This document shows positions 55,224-64,000 of a stretch of 64,000 nt of DNA, piece after piece; within the stretch, counting starts at the first letter, position 1; each line of letters begins with the position of its first letter. The stretch is from a virus, in the IMG/VR virus record IMGVR_UViG_3300035454_001750; one strand, given 5' to 3'. The position numbers were made by a program, and so were the translations under genes. The notes beneath the pieces were generated by a model. It saw nothing but the letters and a program-made list of their open reading frames with translations, was not told where the DNA came from and did no database searches.

Positions 55224-55703
55224 ATGTTTGGAGCGATTGAAAAAATTTGGCAGGATTATTTATCAACAAAGAAACCTATTGTTGATAAGGCATTTCTTTT
55301 GGCTTTACAGGAGTATGGAACAAAAGAAATAGTTGGATCAGAACATAATCCGGAAGTTTTAAAGTACTTTCATGAAGCTGGTTTTCCACAAATACAGGAT
55401 GATGAAACAAGTTGGTGTTCTGCATTTTTAAATTGGTGTCAGATAAAAGCCGGAAGGGTTGGAACAAAAAGCCTTGCTGCCCGAAGCTGGATGAATTGGG
55501 GTGAACCTGTGTTTGAACCAGAAATAGGGGATGTTGCTGTATTTTGGAGGGTTTCACATACATCATGGCAAGGACACGTTGGTTTCTATGTTAAACGTAC
55601 AGGAACACAAGTGTATGTATTAGGTGGAAATCAATCTAATATGGTAAATATTGCACCGTATCCGGGATCACAATTATTAGGGTATAGGAGGTATAAACCA
55701 TGA
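55224..55703 (+). CDS. Endolysin, CHAP/NlpC-P60-like (TIGR02594-type)
   Basis: DETSWCSAF, ARSW, GHVGF, LGGNQSN. Confidence 0.9.
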   Translation: MFGAIEKIWQDYLSTKKPIVDKAFLLALQEYGTKEIVGSEHNPEVLKYFHEAGFPQIQDDETSWCSAFLNWCQIKAGRVGTKSLAARSWMNWGEPVFEPEIGDVAVFWRVSHTSWQGHVGFYVKRTGTQVYVLGGNQSNMVNIAPYPGSQLLGYRRYKP

Positions 55704-55945
55704 ACGTAAAACAAGCGTGGAATAATACGGCCAATTACAAAACCCGTTCCGCAGCGGTGTTATTGGCAATCTTTCAATTTATACAGGTTGTGGCACCTAA
55801 TTTGTTGGAAGGTAGAACGGAAGAGATTGTACGCACTTCCATTGATTTGTTCATCATTATTGGTGGAGCAGATTGGGTGTGGCGTAATCGCTATAAAGTA
55901 ATCGAGTTTTTAACCAGTAAATTTAAGAAACATGACAACACGTAA
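55700..55945 (+). CDS. Putative holin
   Basis: Two hydrophobic segments and a basic tail; next to the endolysin. Confidence 0.6.
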   Translation: MNVKQAWNNTANYKTRSAAVLLAIFQFIQVVAPNLLEGRTEEIVRTSIDLFIIIGGADWVWRNRYKVIEFLTSKFKKHDNT

Positions 55946-56336
55946 AGGAATTTTGTTGCCTGAGTATGAAGTATTCATATCTGAGGCCGTGTGGGATTTA
56001 GTAAAAGACCACAAACCAAAATGGTTACCAAAGTGGATTTCCATGCAGGGGGTCAATTTGGTAGTAAAATCTATTGACAATCTTATCTTGGATAAGATGC
56101 CCGCTAAACTGAAAGCCACATTCATTCCGTTTGTAGATGCTGCTTTCAAAGGCAAAATCGAAGAAATGAGAAGGCTGTTTACTGATGTTATTGCCGGTCT
56201 GGTTGATTGGCGTGGTGTTTCCAAAGACACACAATTATATGTGTATGACAGCGGCACCCGGTTAATCACTTCCGTAACAATGGCATTTGCTGAAAAGATT
56301 GCATCCAAAAAAGCAGATGAAGCGTTGTACGGTTAA
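55932..56336 (+). CDS. Hypothetical protein
   Basis: Last long ORF of the rightward arm. Confidence 0.65.
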   Translation: MTTRKGILLPEYEVFISEAVWDLVKDHKPKWLPKWISMQGVNLVVKSIDNLILDKMPAKLKATFIPFVDAAFKGKIEEMRRLFTDVIAGLVDWRGVSKDTQLYVYDSGTRLITSVTMAFAEKIASKKADEALYG

Positions 56337-56477
56337 ACCGACCATACTGAAAATACCGTCACCTGATCAAAAAGATAAATCTGTAATTGGTGTTAAAATC
56401 AAAATACCATTACAAAGGAAAAAAAGAAAGTAGTTCCTTTTGATTCTTTCATAGTTCCTTTTGCTTGTGTTTGTGTT

Positions 56478-56516
56478 AGGGGGTAATTTACGGGTAACTG
56501 TATTTGCCCCCTTTTT
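56478..56516 (+). terminator. Intrinsic terminator where the two arms converge
   Basis: GGGGG...CCCCC hairpin followed by T5. Confidence 0.65.
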
Positions 56517-56847
56517 AGGCGTATTTCCAAAAGAATCCGCCACTGCTATTACTTTTACCCCTTACAACCTTACTTATACTTTTAACGCTTGTACCGGGCG
56601 TTTTTCTGGCCGCTTCACTCAAGCTAACATAGGTGGCTACTATTTCACCATTTTTAATTTTATGAACAGGACGATTTGCAGGATTTTTTAACCGGTTTCG
56701 GTTGTACCCAATTTGATAAACATAATGAAGGTAGTTGCGGATAATCATCATTTGTTCGAATGAAATACCCGCAAATAACCTCAATTCATTTAATGCGGAA
56801 TCAACCGTATTTTGCTGGTGTAATAAATCATCCTGTTCGTTGCTCAT
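56515..56847 (-). CDS. NUMOD1-type DNA-binding domain protein
   Basis: YVSLSEAARKT...ISKVVRGK...GGFFWKY. Confidence 0.7.
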   Translation of the reverse strand: MSNEQDDLLHQQNTVDSALNELRLFAGISFEQMMIIRNYLHYVYQIGYNRNRLKNPANRPVHKIKNGEIVATYVSLSEAARKTPGTSVKSISKVVRGKSNSSGGFFWKYA

Positions 56848-57037
56848 CCTCTTTTGGTTTATTCAAATCCTCTGTTATTCTTTTTAAGACAAAATTAGTG
56901 AAATTAACCACATCAGAATGTTTAAAGTCATCCGATGTAAGAATGGGTGTATCAAGGTTTCCTTCAACCTCAAAATACTCTCTGTACAGTTCCTCTATTT
57001 TAGTTGCCATTTTCAAAATGTTTAATAAAATCTTCAA
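56828..57037 (-). CDS. Small hypothetical protein
   Basis: Overlapping operon ORF. Confidence 0.5.
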   Translation of the reverse strand: MKILLNILKMATKIEELYREYFEVEGNLDTPILTSDDFKHSDVVNFTNFVLKRITEDLNKPKEDEQRTG

Positions 57038-57200
57038 CCGTATAAAACGTATTTACGTTCCCAAAGGAAGTGTATTCTATAAAGAACAGGGATTGTGGTA
57101 CTTGATACTCAATTTTAACAATCCCGGAATCCAAACCTGCGTGCTCTTTTATGAATTTTTTTAAGAGCACTGTTAATGCGGCAAATTCTACATTGTTCAT
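57000..57200 (-). CDS. Small hypothetical protein
   Basis: Overlapping operon ORF. Confidence 0.5.
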   Translation of the reverse strand: MNNVEFAALTVLLKKFIKEHAGLDSGIVKIEYQVPQSLFFIEYTSFGNVNTFYTVEDFIKHFENGN

Positions 57201-57243
57201 TTTGTATGTATTAAAAGTTTCAACTCAGCCTCAGAGGTGAACC

Positions 57244-58161
57244 TTACAAATATGAAATTAATGATGACAGTTTGGCTTTGTCAGAATCTTCCCGGTCAAC
57301 AATCTCCTCATATAGTGACACATCCATTCGCTGGAGAATTGCTTGATTAAGAAGATCATTCAATACTTCAGGACGTAAGGCATCTACCTCCCAACTGGTT
57401 TTTCCATGAATTTTAATGAAGTCCCCGGATCGTGGATCAGTGATTTTGGCCGGATTGGGTGGTGGATTATATAGCCTGATTTGCTCTCGTGTTAGTGCTA
57501 TTGGAGTGACTGAAAATGGGAAGTACTCAAGACATTCTTCCTTTGTTTCATAACCAAGATCCCCCATAACAAACTCAATTATCCGGTCTTTGATGTCCCG
57601 TATCATATCAATTCCTGAAGGATCAAAGTCCCCTAAATACAATATTTCAATGTATTGGCGATCGTTATAGGCTCGCATGAACCGTTTGAAAGAATCGAAC
57701 ATTGCCGAAGCGCTTGAATATCCACGATTAACAAGTATGGGAATGTGATATTTTTCTGTAACCCTCTTTAGCACCCCACTTAACGCGTCTTTTTCAACCC
57801 ATACCTCGATATAGACAGGTTGACCTTCTTGCCTTGGCAGTGCATACTGCCTTATCGCAGCTTCAAGAATATCTTGCGGACTATCAAATGAGCTTGGCTT
57901 GTCTGGTTTCCTCAAGCGATCTTCAATAGCATCCCAGTCCACAATTCCGGCCATTCTGCCCTCTTTCAGGAGAGTAGAGAGCTTAGAGTACTCGGCCTGC
58001 TTGTTTGGTATAATATCCCTCGAGACAAGCTGATAATATAACTGTCGAAGCGTTAATACATAGCCTTCCTCCTGATATTCCTCTATGATACTGTTGATTT
58101 GAGAAAGACGAATGATGTTGGTTTTACTCATTCTAATTTCTCTGAATTTTATTTTTGCCAT
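57244..58161 (-). CDS. Topoisomerase VI-A/Spo11-like wHTH-TOPRIM protein
   Basis: TLRQLYY, VWVEKDAL, YLGDFDPSG, WEVDAL. Confidence 0.8.
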   Translation of the reverse strand: MAKIKFREIRMSKTNIIRLSQINSIIEEYQEEGYVLTLRQLYYQLVSRDIIPNKQAEYSKLSTLLKEGRMAGIVDWDAIEDRLRKPDKPSSFDSPQDILEAAIRQYALPRQEGQPVYIEVWVEKDALSGVLKRVTEKYHIPILVNRGYSSASAMFDSFKRFMRAYNDRQYIEILYLGDFDPSGIDMIRDIKDRIIEFVMGDLGYETKEECLEYFPFSVTPIALTREQIRLYNPPPNPAKITDPRSGDFIKIHGKTSWEVDALRPEVLNDLLNQAILQRMDVSLYEEIVDREDSDKAKLSSLISYL

Positions 58162-58205
58162 CTTTTAGAAAATTTAATTTGTTTCAACTTATTCCAACAA
58201 AGAAC

Positions 58206-58568
58206 CTAAACGACTGGCAGAAACTGACCACAAGCAATATCCTGTTCGTATCGTTTAATAGGTTCTGGATTAAACATACATTTCCCATGCATATTTGATT
58301 GAATAACATCGCCGGGGTGGTGATAGCCTCGTTGCCAGAAATCACAATGAGCGCAAATGCGTTCAAGGGGTTTAGTGTTGCAGTTTTTAACAGGCCAATG
58401 CAACTCTTTTTTCATGTGATTACCCATGTCGGCAGCCTGTTTTGCATTTGCTCTACTTTTACCGTGAGTGGCAACATTTTGATTTCCTTGTTCGTCAACT
58501 CCAAGAATTACTATGTGAGTAAATCCGAATTTCTCTCTAATCTGTTTTGCTTCTTTAATTGATATCAT
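58206..58568 (-). CDS. Cys-rich hypothetical protein
   Basis: CAHCDFW...C...CGQF. Confidence 0.65.
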   Translation of the reverse strand: MISIKEAKQIREKFGFTHIVILGVDEQGNQNVATHGKSRANAKQAADMGNHMKKELHWPVKNCNTKPLERICAHCDFWQRGYHHPGDVIQSNMHGKCMFNPEPIKRYEQDIACGQFLPVV

Positions 58569-58612
58569 ATGTTGTAAGTTTTAAATGTTTCAACTCCCTT
58601 CCTAAATTAACT

Positions 58613-58873
58613 TTAAATTGGTTGTGTTATCATAACAAAACCTAAAATCAATCCTATAACTGAACCCACTAAAACACCTAACAAAACAGGTCCGGACATT
58701 TCTTCAAAGAATGATTTCTTTTCATCTTTGTCAGGAATCATAGGTATTAGAATTTCATAAATAGCATCTGTCTGTTCTTTAACAGGGTCAACGGAACGGT
58801 TGTTATACCAAACATCTTCAACTATTTGTTGAATTGTGTCATAAATCATTTGTTGTAATTCTGTTCTTTTCAT
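58613..58873 (-). CDS. Small membrane protein
   Basis: ATG start after an A-rich leader; C-terminal TM helix. Confidence 0.6.
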   Translation of the reverse strand: MKRTELQQMIYDTIQQIVEDVWYNNRSVDPVKEQTDAIYEILIPMIPDKDEKKSFFEEMSGPVLLGVLVGSVIGLILGFVMITQPI

Positions 58874-58897
58874 ATTCGTAATTTTTATTTTGTTTTT

Positions 58898-59139
58898 AAA
58901 AAACCACCTTACCGGCCTCACGGATTTCAGGTGGGATACAAATGGTAGTGATTGCAGTCGCTCAAAGCTCAATAAACCATAAATAAAACGCTATTTTGAA
59001 TAGTGAAGTATAAAAGTAAAACAATCACATACATTTGCAGTGCTACATGTTGACGGTAAAGATAACTTAGGAACAACTTTACCGTCGCCTTATGAAAGAG
59101 AACGATACGACGCTGTTTATCCTCTTGTCGCATAGAGGT
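58898..59139 (-). ncRNA. Candidate structured RNA ending in a terminator-like hairpin
   Basis: Several helices in a ~240-nt intergenic gap. Confidence 0.45.
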
Positions 59140-59754
59140 TTAAGATTCCACTACCTTTGTTACACCTTTACGTATTTTTGTTGTAAAGGTTTTATCAGCG
59201 GCCATAGCCAGTGTTGGTTCATGTGTCACGATCAAAAACTGGATGCCTAATTTTTTACTGATTTCTTTTATCATTTCTGACGCATTTTCCTGACAATCAG
59301 CACTCAGAAACCGCATAGGCTCATCCAGTACTATTACCGGGCGTGTACGTTGTTGTGACATACTCCAGCTTGCAATTCGTAAAGCAAATGAAGCAATATC
59401 CACCGCACCCCCACCGGAACTATCTAATGGGTTAACTGCTACACCATCCCGGACAAACACAATATCACATTCCATTTTGTTTCTTCGTTCAACGAAAAGT
59501 AATTCTAATTTGTACGGATCAGCAAAAACAGTTTCCATTGCCAAAGAAGCAATATCAGAAATATGGTACTGTAAGGATGCCTGAGTTTGCGCCCCTACAA
59601 TACGAATAATTTCACGGGCTTTTTCAAGGCTGTGTAATAATTTTACATCCTCTTTATATTGTGCCTGTAAAGATTTTATATCTTTTTGTAAAGCACTTCG
59701 TTCACCTTTCATTTGTTCCAGCTTTCTTCTGGCATCAATCAGTTTCAGTGCCAT
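59140..59754 (-). CDS. SbcC/Rad50-like ATPase, C-terminal half
   Basis: Coiled coil, signature SSGGG, Walker B IVLDEP, H-loop VTH. Confidence 0.88.
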   Translation of the reverse strand: MALKLIDARRKLEQMKGERSALQKDIKSLQAQYKEDVKLLHSLEKAREIIRIVGAQTQASLQYHISDIASLAMETVFADPYKLELLFVERRNKMECDIVFVRDGVAVNPLDSSGGGAVDIASFALRIASWSMSQQRTRPVIVLDEPMRFLSADCQENASEMIKEISKKLGIQFLIVTHEPTLAMAADKTFTTKIRKGVTKVVES

Positions 59755-59989
59755 AGTATTCTTTTTCAAGTTTGTCTAATCCATCTTGTATTTCATCTGA
59801 CATAGTGCCAATATCGCTCTCCATCTTTGCTAACAGTTTTTCAGCCTGTTTAATTGTGGAACATCCATACTCCTCTTTAAGTTGTTGCAACAACGCTTCA
59901 CGTTGCCCTTCCAATTTCGACTGCAATTCCTTTGCTTCGTCGATTTCCTCTTTTAATTGTAATAAATCATGTTCTGTCATAGCAATCAA
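59735..59989 (-). CDS. Small coiled-coil protein
   Basis: Heptad pattern; within the SbcCD cluster. Confidence 0.7.
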   Translation of the reverse strand: MIAMTEHDLLQLKEEIDEAKELQSKLEGQREALLQQLKEEYGCSTIKQAEKLLAKMESDIGTMSDEIQDGLDKLEKEYYGTETD

Positions 59990-60228
59990 TCTTCTTCGGT
60001 TTCGTACACTTTGAAAAATCTTTCCGCTTCTTCTCTAATTAGTAGCCCATCTTTGTACATAGCCCTTGCATGAACTACCCGATCAGTTGGATGGCAGTAA
60101 GATAGTAAGATCACAGCAGGTAATTTTTCAACCTTTTCTTTTAAATTAGAATGGTAGGCACTTACGTGCTGTTCAACCTTTTTTCTTACTTCACTGGTTG
60201 GTTGCTTGCGGTAAAGTCTCTGTCTCAT
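59986..60228 (-). CDS. Hypothetical protein
   Basis: ATGA coupling with the SbcD-like gene. Confidence 0.6.
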   Translation of the reverse strand: MRQRLYRKQPTSEVRKKVEQHVSAYHSNLKEKVEKLPAVILLSYCHPTDRVVHARAMYKDGLLIREEAERFFKVYETEED

Positions 60229-61082
60229 ACTTCTGTAAATTTAGTTATTAATTCTTTAACTTCTGTTCTTACCCTATTTTTTGCATAGAATTTTTTCAAA
60301 TTTTGTTTAAAACTCACATCACTTTCATAATCAGTATCTAAACTGGATATAAAAGCACTAATACGGGAGTCACGTTTTTCTGTTTGCTCAAGATGTTCTC
60401 TGCTTATAACACCTTCTGAAATAGGTATGTACACTTTTTCAACTGTATTTGTTTCAGCATAATACAGAAAAACACATGGTCTGTGGTTTATTTGTGCTGC
60501 TGTTTGCCTTGTAATACTGCCCGGATTAACCAACAATCTACCGTTTAAAGTATCTGTAAATGTTTTATGGTTATCACCTGTTACAATCAGATCATACTTT
60601 TTGTACTTACGAAGTATTTCCCTTGCAGACATTTCAGTACAACCGGGAAAAGGTAATTGCTTTTTAAAAGTAAGTACGTGCCAAACAAGTATTTCCCTTT
60701 CTTGAATTACTAATGAAGATTTGGTAGGTATTTGTCCAAAATGAGTTCCGGGCAAAACTTCTAATAAATCAGCATTGTTCAGCACTTCTACACCACATTT
60801 ATTTCGTTCATCCAAATTATGCTGTGGCAAATCATGATTTCCATACACAGTATAAAACATTTTTGGTAAATGAGCAATCGTGTAATTTAGTAAATAAGGT
60901 GAAGGTTTCCAATGATGAAACAGATCACCGGAATGAAGTACCGGACAATCATGTTCCTCTTGTAATTCATTTATCCACAAAACTTTTTTCCATTGTTCAG
61001 TCCAAAAATCATCTGTACGGGAAACAGGTATAGTTTCCCGTAAATGCCAATCGGCTGTAAGTATTAGTTGTGCTTGTTTCAT
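60225..61082 (-). CDS. SbcD/Mre11-like metallophosphoesterase nuclease
   Basis: ADWH, GDLFH, GNHD, GDNH, NPGS. Confidence 0.93.
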   Translation of the reverse strand: MKQAQLILTADWHLRETIPVSRTDDFWTEQWKKVLWINELQEEHDCPVLHSGDLFHHWKPSPYLLNYTIAHLPKMFYTVYGNHDLPQHNLDERNKCGVEVLNNADLLEVLPGTHFGQIPTKSSLVIQEREILVWHVLTFKKQLPFPGCTEMSAREILRKYKKYDLIVTGDNHKTFTDTLNGRLLVNPGSITRQTAAQINHRPCVFLYYAETNTVEKVYIPISEGVISREHLEQTEKRDSRISAFISSLDTDYESDVSFKQNLKKFYAKNRVRTEVKELITKFTEV

Positions 61083-61303
61083 TCTGGTACTATTTCAGGT
61101 TCTTTATCAGTACGTACAAGTTTATACTCAGTTCTAATTAAAGTTGCCAACATTTCAGCTTCTTTTAGAAGTAAATATGTTTGGACATTTACTCGAACAA
61201 TATCGTCTGCTTCTACTTCAATAGAAATACGGCTCACTTTTGTAGCATCTAACCCTAAGATGGTACAAAGTTCCTTTCCAAAACATTCATTTACAATTCC
61301 CAT
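61079..61303 (-). CDS. Small hypothetical protein
   Basis: Operon ORF. Confidence 0.55.
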   Translation of the reverse strand: MGIVNECFGKELCTILGLDATKVSRISIEVEADDIVRVNVQTYLLLKEAEMLATLIRTEYKLVRTDKEPEIVPE

Positions 61304-61308
61304 ATTCT

Positions 61309-61542
61309 TTACTCTCCTTTATTTAGTTCAATCATTTGTTTTATCTTTATTTTTTCTACTACCCATTTTTGAGTTGTTTTAGAAAATTCACCTATAATCG
61401 CCTTTGCAGCTATTTCAATACCATTAATAAAACCGTTTACCCAAATATCCCTATCAGTATGATTTGGGAATGCCGGATTTTCTGGATCATCTTTAGGGCA
61501 TAATTTTATACCCAACTGTTCTAATTCTAATTTTGTGTTCAT
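61309..61542 (-). CDS. Small hypothetical protein
   Basis: Operon ORF. Confidence 0.55.
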   Translation of the reverse strand: MNTKLELEQLGIKLCPKDDPENPAFPNHTDRDIWVNGFINGIEIAAKAIIGEFSKTTQKWVVEKIKIKQMIELNKGE

Positions 61543-61547
61543 GTTTG

Positions 61548-62606
61548 TTATCTTATTTTAGTTCCACATAATGGGCAAACAGTTAAATGTTCATCAAAAA
61601 TTGTTTGCTTTTGTGCTATAATTTTAGCCGTTTCTTGCAACCTTTTCGTTACGGTAGTATATTTACCCACTAACAGGTTAAAACGGTTAAATTTGGCCGT
61701 TTCCTGTTGTTTCTGGCGGCTAATTTGCAGCGTGGTGTTTACCGTATTTTCGAATGTAGTAATTTTGGCTATTTTCTTTAGTTGCTTGTTTACTTTTTTA
61801 ACCTTATTCAGAAGAATTACAAAACGGTCTTTTTTCAATTCATTTTCATTTTTGTTTGTAAGTTTTGTAAATAAAGCATTCACACGACTTTCAAAGGTTG
61901 TTACTTTTTTACATTTAGCAATTTTTTCATTTACCTGTTTTAGTCGGTTTATGGTAGTTTCAAGGGAAGAATACAAACGTACTGTTTGTAGCCGTGTTTT
62001 TTCAAGTTGCTCAAGTTCCTCCAGCTTTACCTCAAAAACATCAAGTGTAGCATAATTATCAAGCTGACACTTTTTCTTTTCTATGTCATTTTTCTTGTAC
62101 TCGGAGGAACGCTTTGTATCTTGTATGCTTTTGTTTACGTTTTTTGTAGCTGTGTCAATAATATCAATACCGGCAATCCGGTTGAAATATTGTGCAACCT
62201 GTCCGGGTGTTTGGCTTAACAGAAAAGGTGAATCAAGTTGCTGTTGTAAATTCACTTCCTCCATGTTAAAAAACTGCTGTATTGGTTCTGGTACCGTTGA
62301 CCCGAAAGCAGTAAAAATACTTTCTCCGGGATCATTATATTTATACAGCATATAACTGTTTTCACGGTCACCTTTTCTTCTTGACACAACTCCTTCTTTG
62401 GTTGTGGCAATAACCACAGTATCTCCGCCCCATGACGAACGAAAATCTTCACCTGTTGGTTTGTTTTGCACGACCCATTTTAAAGCACGGATAATAGCAG
62501 TTTTTCCGCTATCAGTAGTACCCAATATCACATTAACACCCGGATGAAATTTTAACGTGGTGTCCTTATGCGACTGGAAATTCCTTATGTTCAGTTCTTT
62601 TATCAT
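61548..62606 (-). CDS. SbcC/Rad50-like ATPase, N-terminal half
   Basis: NFQSH, Walker A GTTDSGKT, Q-loop, coiled coil ending in the CPLCG zinc hook. Confidence 0.9.
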   Translation of the reverse strand: MIKELNIRNFQSHKDTTLKFHPGVNVILGTTDSGKTAIIRALKWVVQNKPTGEDFRSSWGGDTVVIATTKEGVVSRRKGDRENSYMLYKYNDPGESIFTAFGSTVPEPIQQFFNMEEVNLQQQLDSPFLLSQTPGQVAQYFNRIAGIDIIDTATKNVNKSIQDTKRSSEYKKNDIEKKKCQLDNYATLDVFEVKLEELEQLEKTRLQTVRLYSSLETTINRLKQVNEKIAKCKKVTTFESRVNALFTKLTNKNENELKKDRFVILLNKVKKVNKQLKKIAKITTFENTVNTTLQISRQKQQETAKFNRFNLLVGKYTTVTKRLQETAKIIAQKQTIFDEHLTVCPLCGTKIR

Positions 62607-62791
62607 TCTACTTTTTTATCAATCGTAAGTTGTAAAGTCCAAAAAAGAAATGTAAAATGTATGTAAATACAATCAATGTAAGTTCCTCCTTGCACCACGA
62701 TAGTTGGTAGTAAGTCTATTCCCCAATTTTTACAAGTTGAATCATTATGGTAAAATTGTATTCTATACCATTTGTTATTAACTATTTTCAT
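62603..62791 (-). CDS. Small hypothetical protein
   Basis: ATGA coupling. Confidence 0.55.
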   Translation of the reverse strand: MKIVNNKWYRIQFYHNDSTCKNWGIDLLPTIVVQGGTYIDCIYIHFTFLFWTLQLTIDKKVE

Positions 62792-63018
62792 CTAATCCTC
62801 CTCCTTCTTTTTATTGGTTTTTCAATTATTGGTTCATCACGTATAATTCTTCGTTCATCAATTTCAGTTGGGAAAGGTGGACGGGTGTCATTTTCAAGTG
62901 TACGCATAAAATCCCAAAACTGGTATGTTTTCCACCACTTTGCAATCATCCATGCACCTGTTCTGTTCTTTACCCAATAGTAGCCGGTTTTTCGTGTGCT
63001 GTCATTTTTGTTTTTCAT
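62788..63018 (-). CDS. Small hypothetical protein
   Basis: RKTGYYWVK...W motif; ATGA coupling. Confidence 0.6.
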   Translation of the reverse strand: MKNKNDSTRKTGYYWVKNRTGAWMIAKWWKTYQFWDFMRTLENDTRPPFPTEIDERRIIRDEPIIEKPIKRRRRIR

Positions 63019-63377
63019 CCTTCGGTAATTCTAAAACGTTTTACTTTTGGTTGTTTTGTTACCCGTGGAATAGTTAAACGTTTCCTTCCGGTTGGTGTTT
63101 CTTTTACTGGTGTTTTTACTGGTTCCTGGAAAGTTGGTTTTTCCTTGTTTCCTTCCAAACCAGCTTTAATCCGTTCAGTTACTTTTGGAGTAAGCCCGAC
63201 ACAAAGGTAAATAGCCACCGCTTTTGAAACACGATTTACTTTTTTGTCTGTTTTCTTTTTGAAACCAAACAAATAATAGTCATCCTTTTTCTTGCTAAAA
63301 GCAAAACGTCCGTTTTTTTCCCCGTAAAAGTGTTTAGCCCACTTCAATAATTTATCCAGTATGTACGCATCATCCAT
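63015..63377 (-). CDS. Basic hypothetical protein
   Basis: Operon ORF. Confidence 0.6.
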   Translation of the reverse strand: MDDAYILDKLLKWAKHFYGEKNGRFAFSKKKDDYYLFGFKKKTDKKVNRVSKAVAIYLCVGLTPKVTERIKAGLEGNKEKPTFQEPVKTPVKETPTGRKRLTIPRVTKQPKVKRFRITEG

Positions 63378-63530
63378 TTTTCAAAGTATCATTCAGTTTA
63401 CCGATAATTTTGTTGTACTCTGAAAGGCATAAAGTACAGCACCTTTCCAACGTGGCACGTTCCGCAGCGGTAAAGCTGATGTAAGGAACATTGTGCATTT
63501 TTTTACCGCACAAAAATTTTCCTTTATCTT

Positions 63531-63839
63531 TTATATGGTACATGAGAAATTGGTTTTACTTTTAACATACTGTTTGAATAGTTTTCGAGCCTGTTCATAT
63601 TTGTACAACTGCCGTTCATGTGTTTCAAGTTTTTTTACCAATGCAATAGCAAGTGTTTTCCAATCTTCAATATGGTAAAGGGTGTAATAAAGTTTTTTAT
63701 TCCCGTGTGAACGAACCTCTATCATAGAAACAGAAACACCATCTTGACGAGTTACTGTTTTTACCAATGTTAATTCAAAATAAGAAGGACCACCACAACT
63801 ACGATTAACAATAACCTGTATTACATTTTTATTACTCAT
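63531..63839 (-). CDS. Hypothetical protein
   Basis: Operon ORF. Confidence 0.6.
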   Translation of the reverse strand: MSNKNVIQVIVNRSCGGPSYFELTLVKTVTRQDGVSVSMIEVRSHGNKKLYYTLYHIEDWKTLAIALVKKLETHERQLYKYEQARKLFKQYVKSKTNFSCTI

Positions 63840-64000
63840 AGGTCAAGCCTCCATGTAAAAAGTGGTTTGAAGATTTGGTGCAACCAGAACAGCCCTTTTA
63901 TGAGTAGTGCGGACAAAATTTCCATCTGCCCTTACGTAACCATTCCAAAGAATACGAATACCCACAACTGTTACCATTACAGGCTTAGGAAGCATTTTAA

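Noticed and set aside
58874..58972. TTG-initiated N-terminal extension of ORF 58613..58972
   Set aside because: Runs through a terminator-like hairpin; ATG 58873 has the typical A-rich leader.
1..64000. Genome-wide stop-codon reassignment
   Set aside because: Conserved genes are full length in code 11 and end in TAA, TGA and TAG; no suppressor tRNA seen.

Overview
The window is most of the genome of an AT-rich tailed dsDNA phage (siphovirus-like). Its host is probably Bacteroidota: a TTTG-N19-TATATTTG promoter is present and leaders are AT-rich with little Shine-Dalgarno signal. Two leftward arms (1-25.9 kb and 56.5-64 kb) carry replication, recombination and early genes. These include a split family A polymerase (UDG+3'-5' exonuclease / polymerase), sliding clamp, a dpdA-folE-queC-queE-queD 7-deazaguanine DNA modification cluster, DnaB/DnaC/initiator, primase, SNF2 helicase, an AAA/VWA module and a split SbcCD. 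The rightward arm (26.8-56.3 kb) carries packaging, head, a glycosyl/methyl/sulfotransferase block, tail and lysis genes. The most striking unannotated signal is in the early leftward region (19.5-25.9 kb). Intergenic spaces there contain two type I hammerhead ribozymes and four ~50-nt anticodon-less tRNA-like elements (acceptor-like stem, D-like arm, T arm), downstream of a ~280-nt candidate structured RNA. Together these suggest an RNA-encoded transcript-processing system. All calls were made by eye from motifs and base pairing; no database search or folding program was run.
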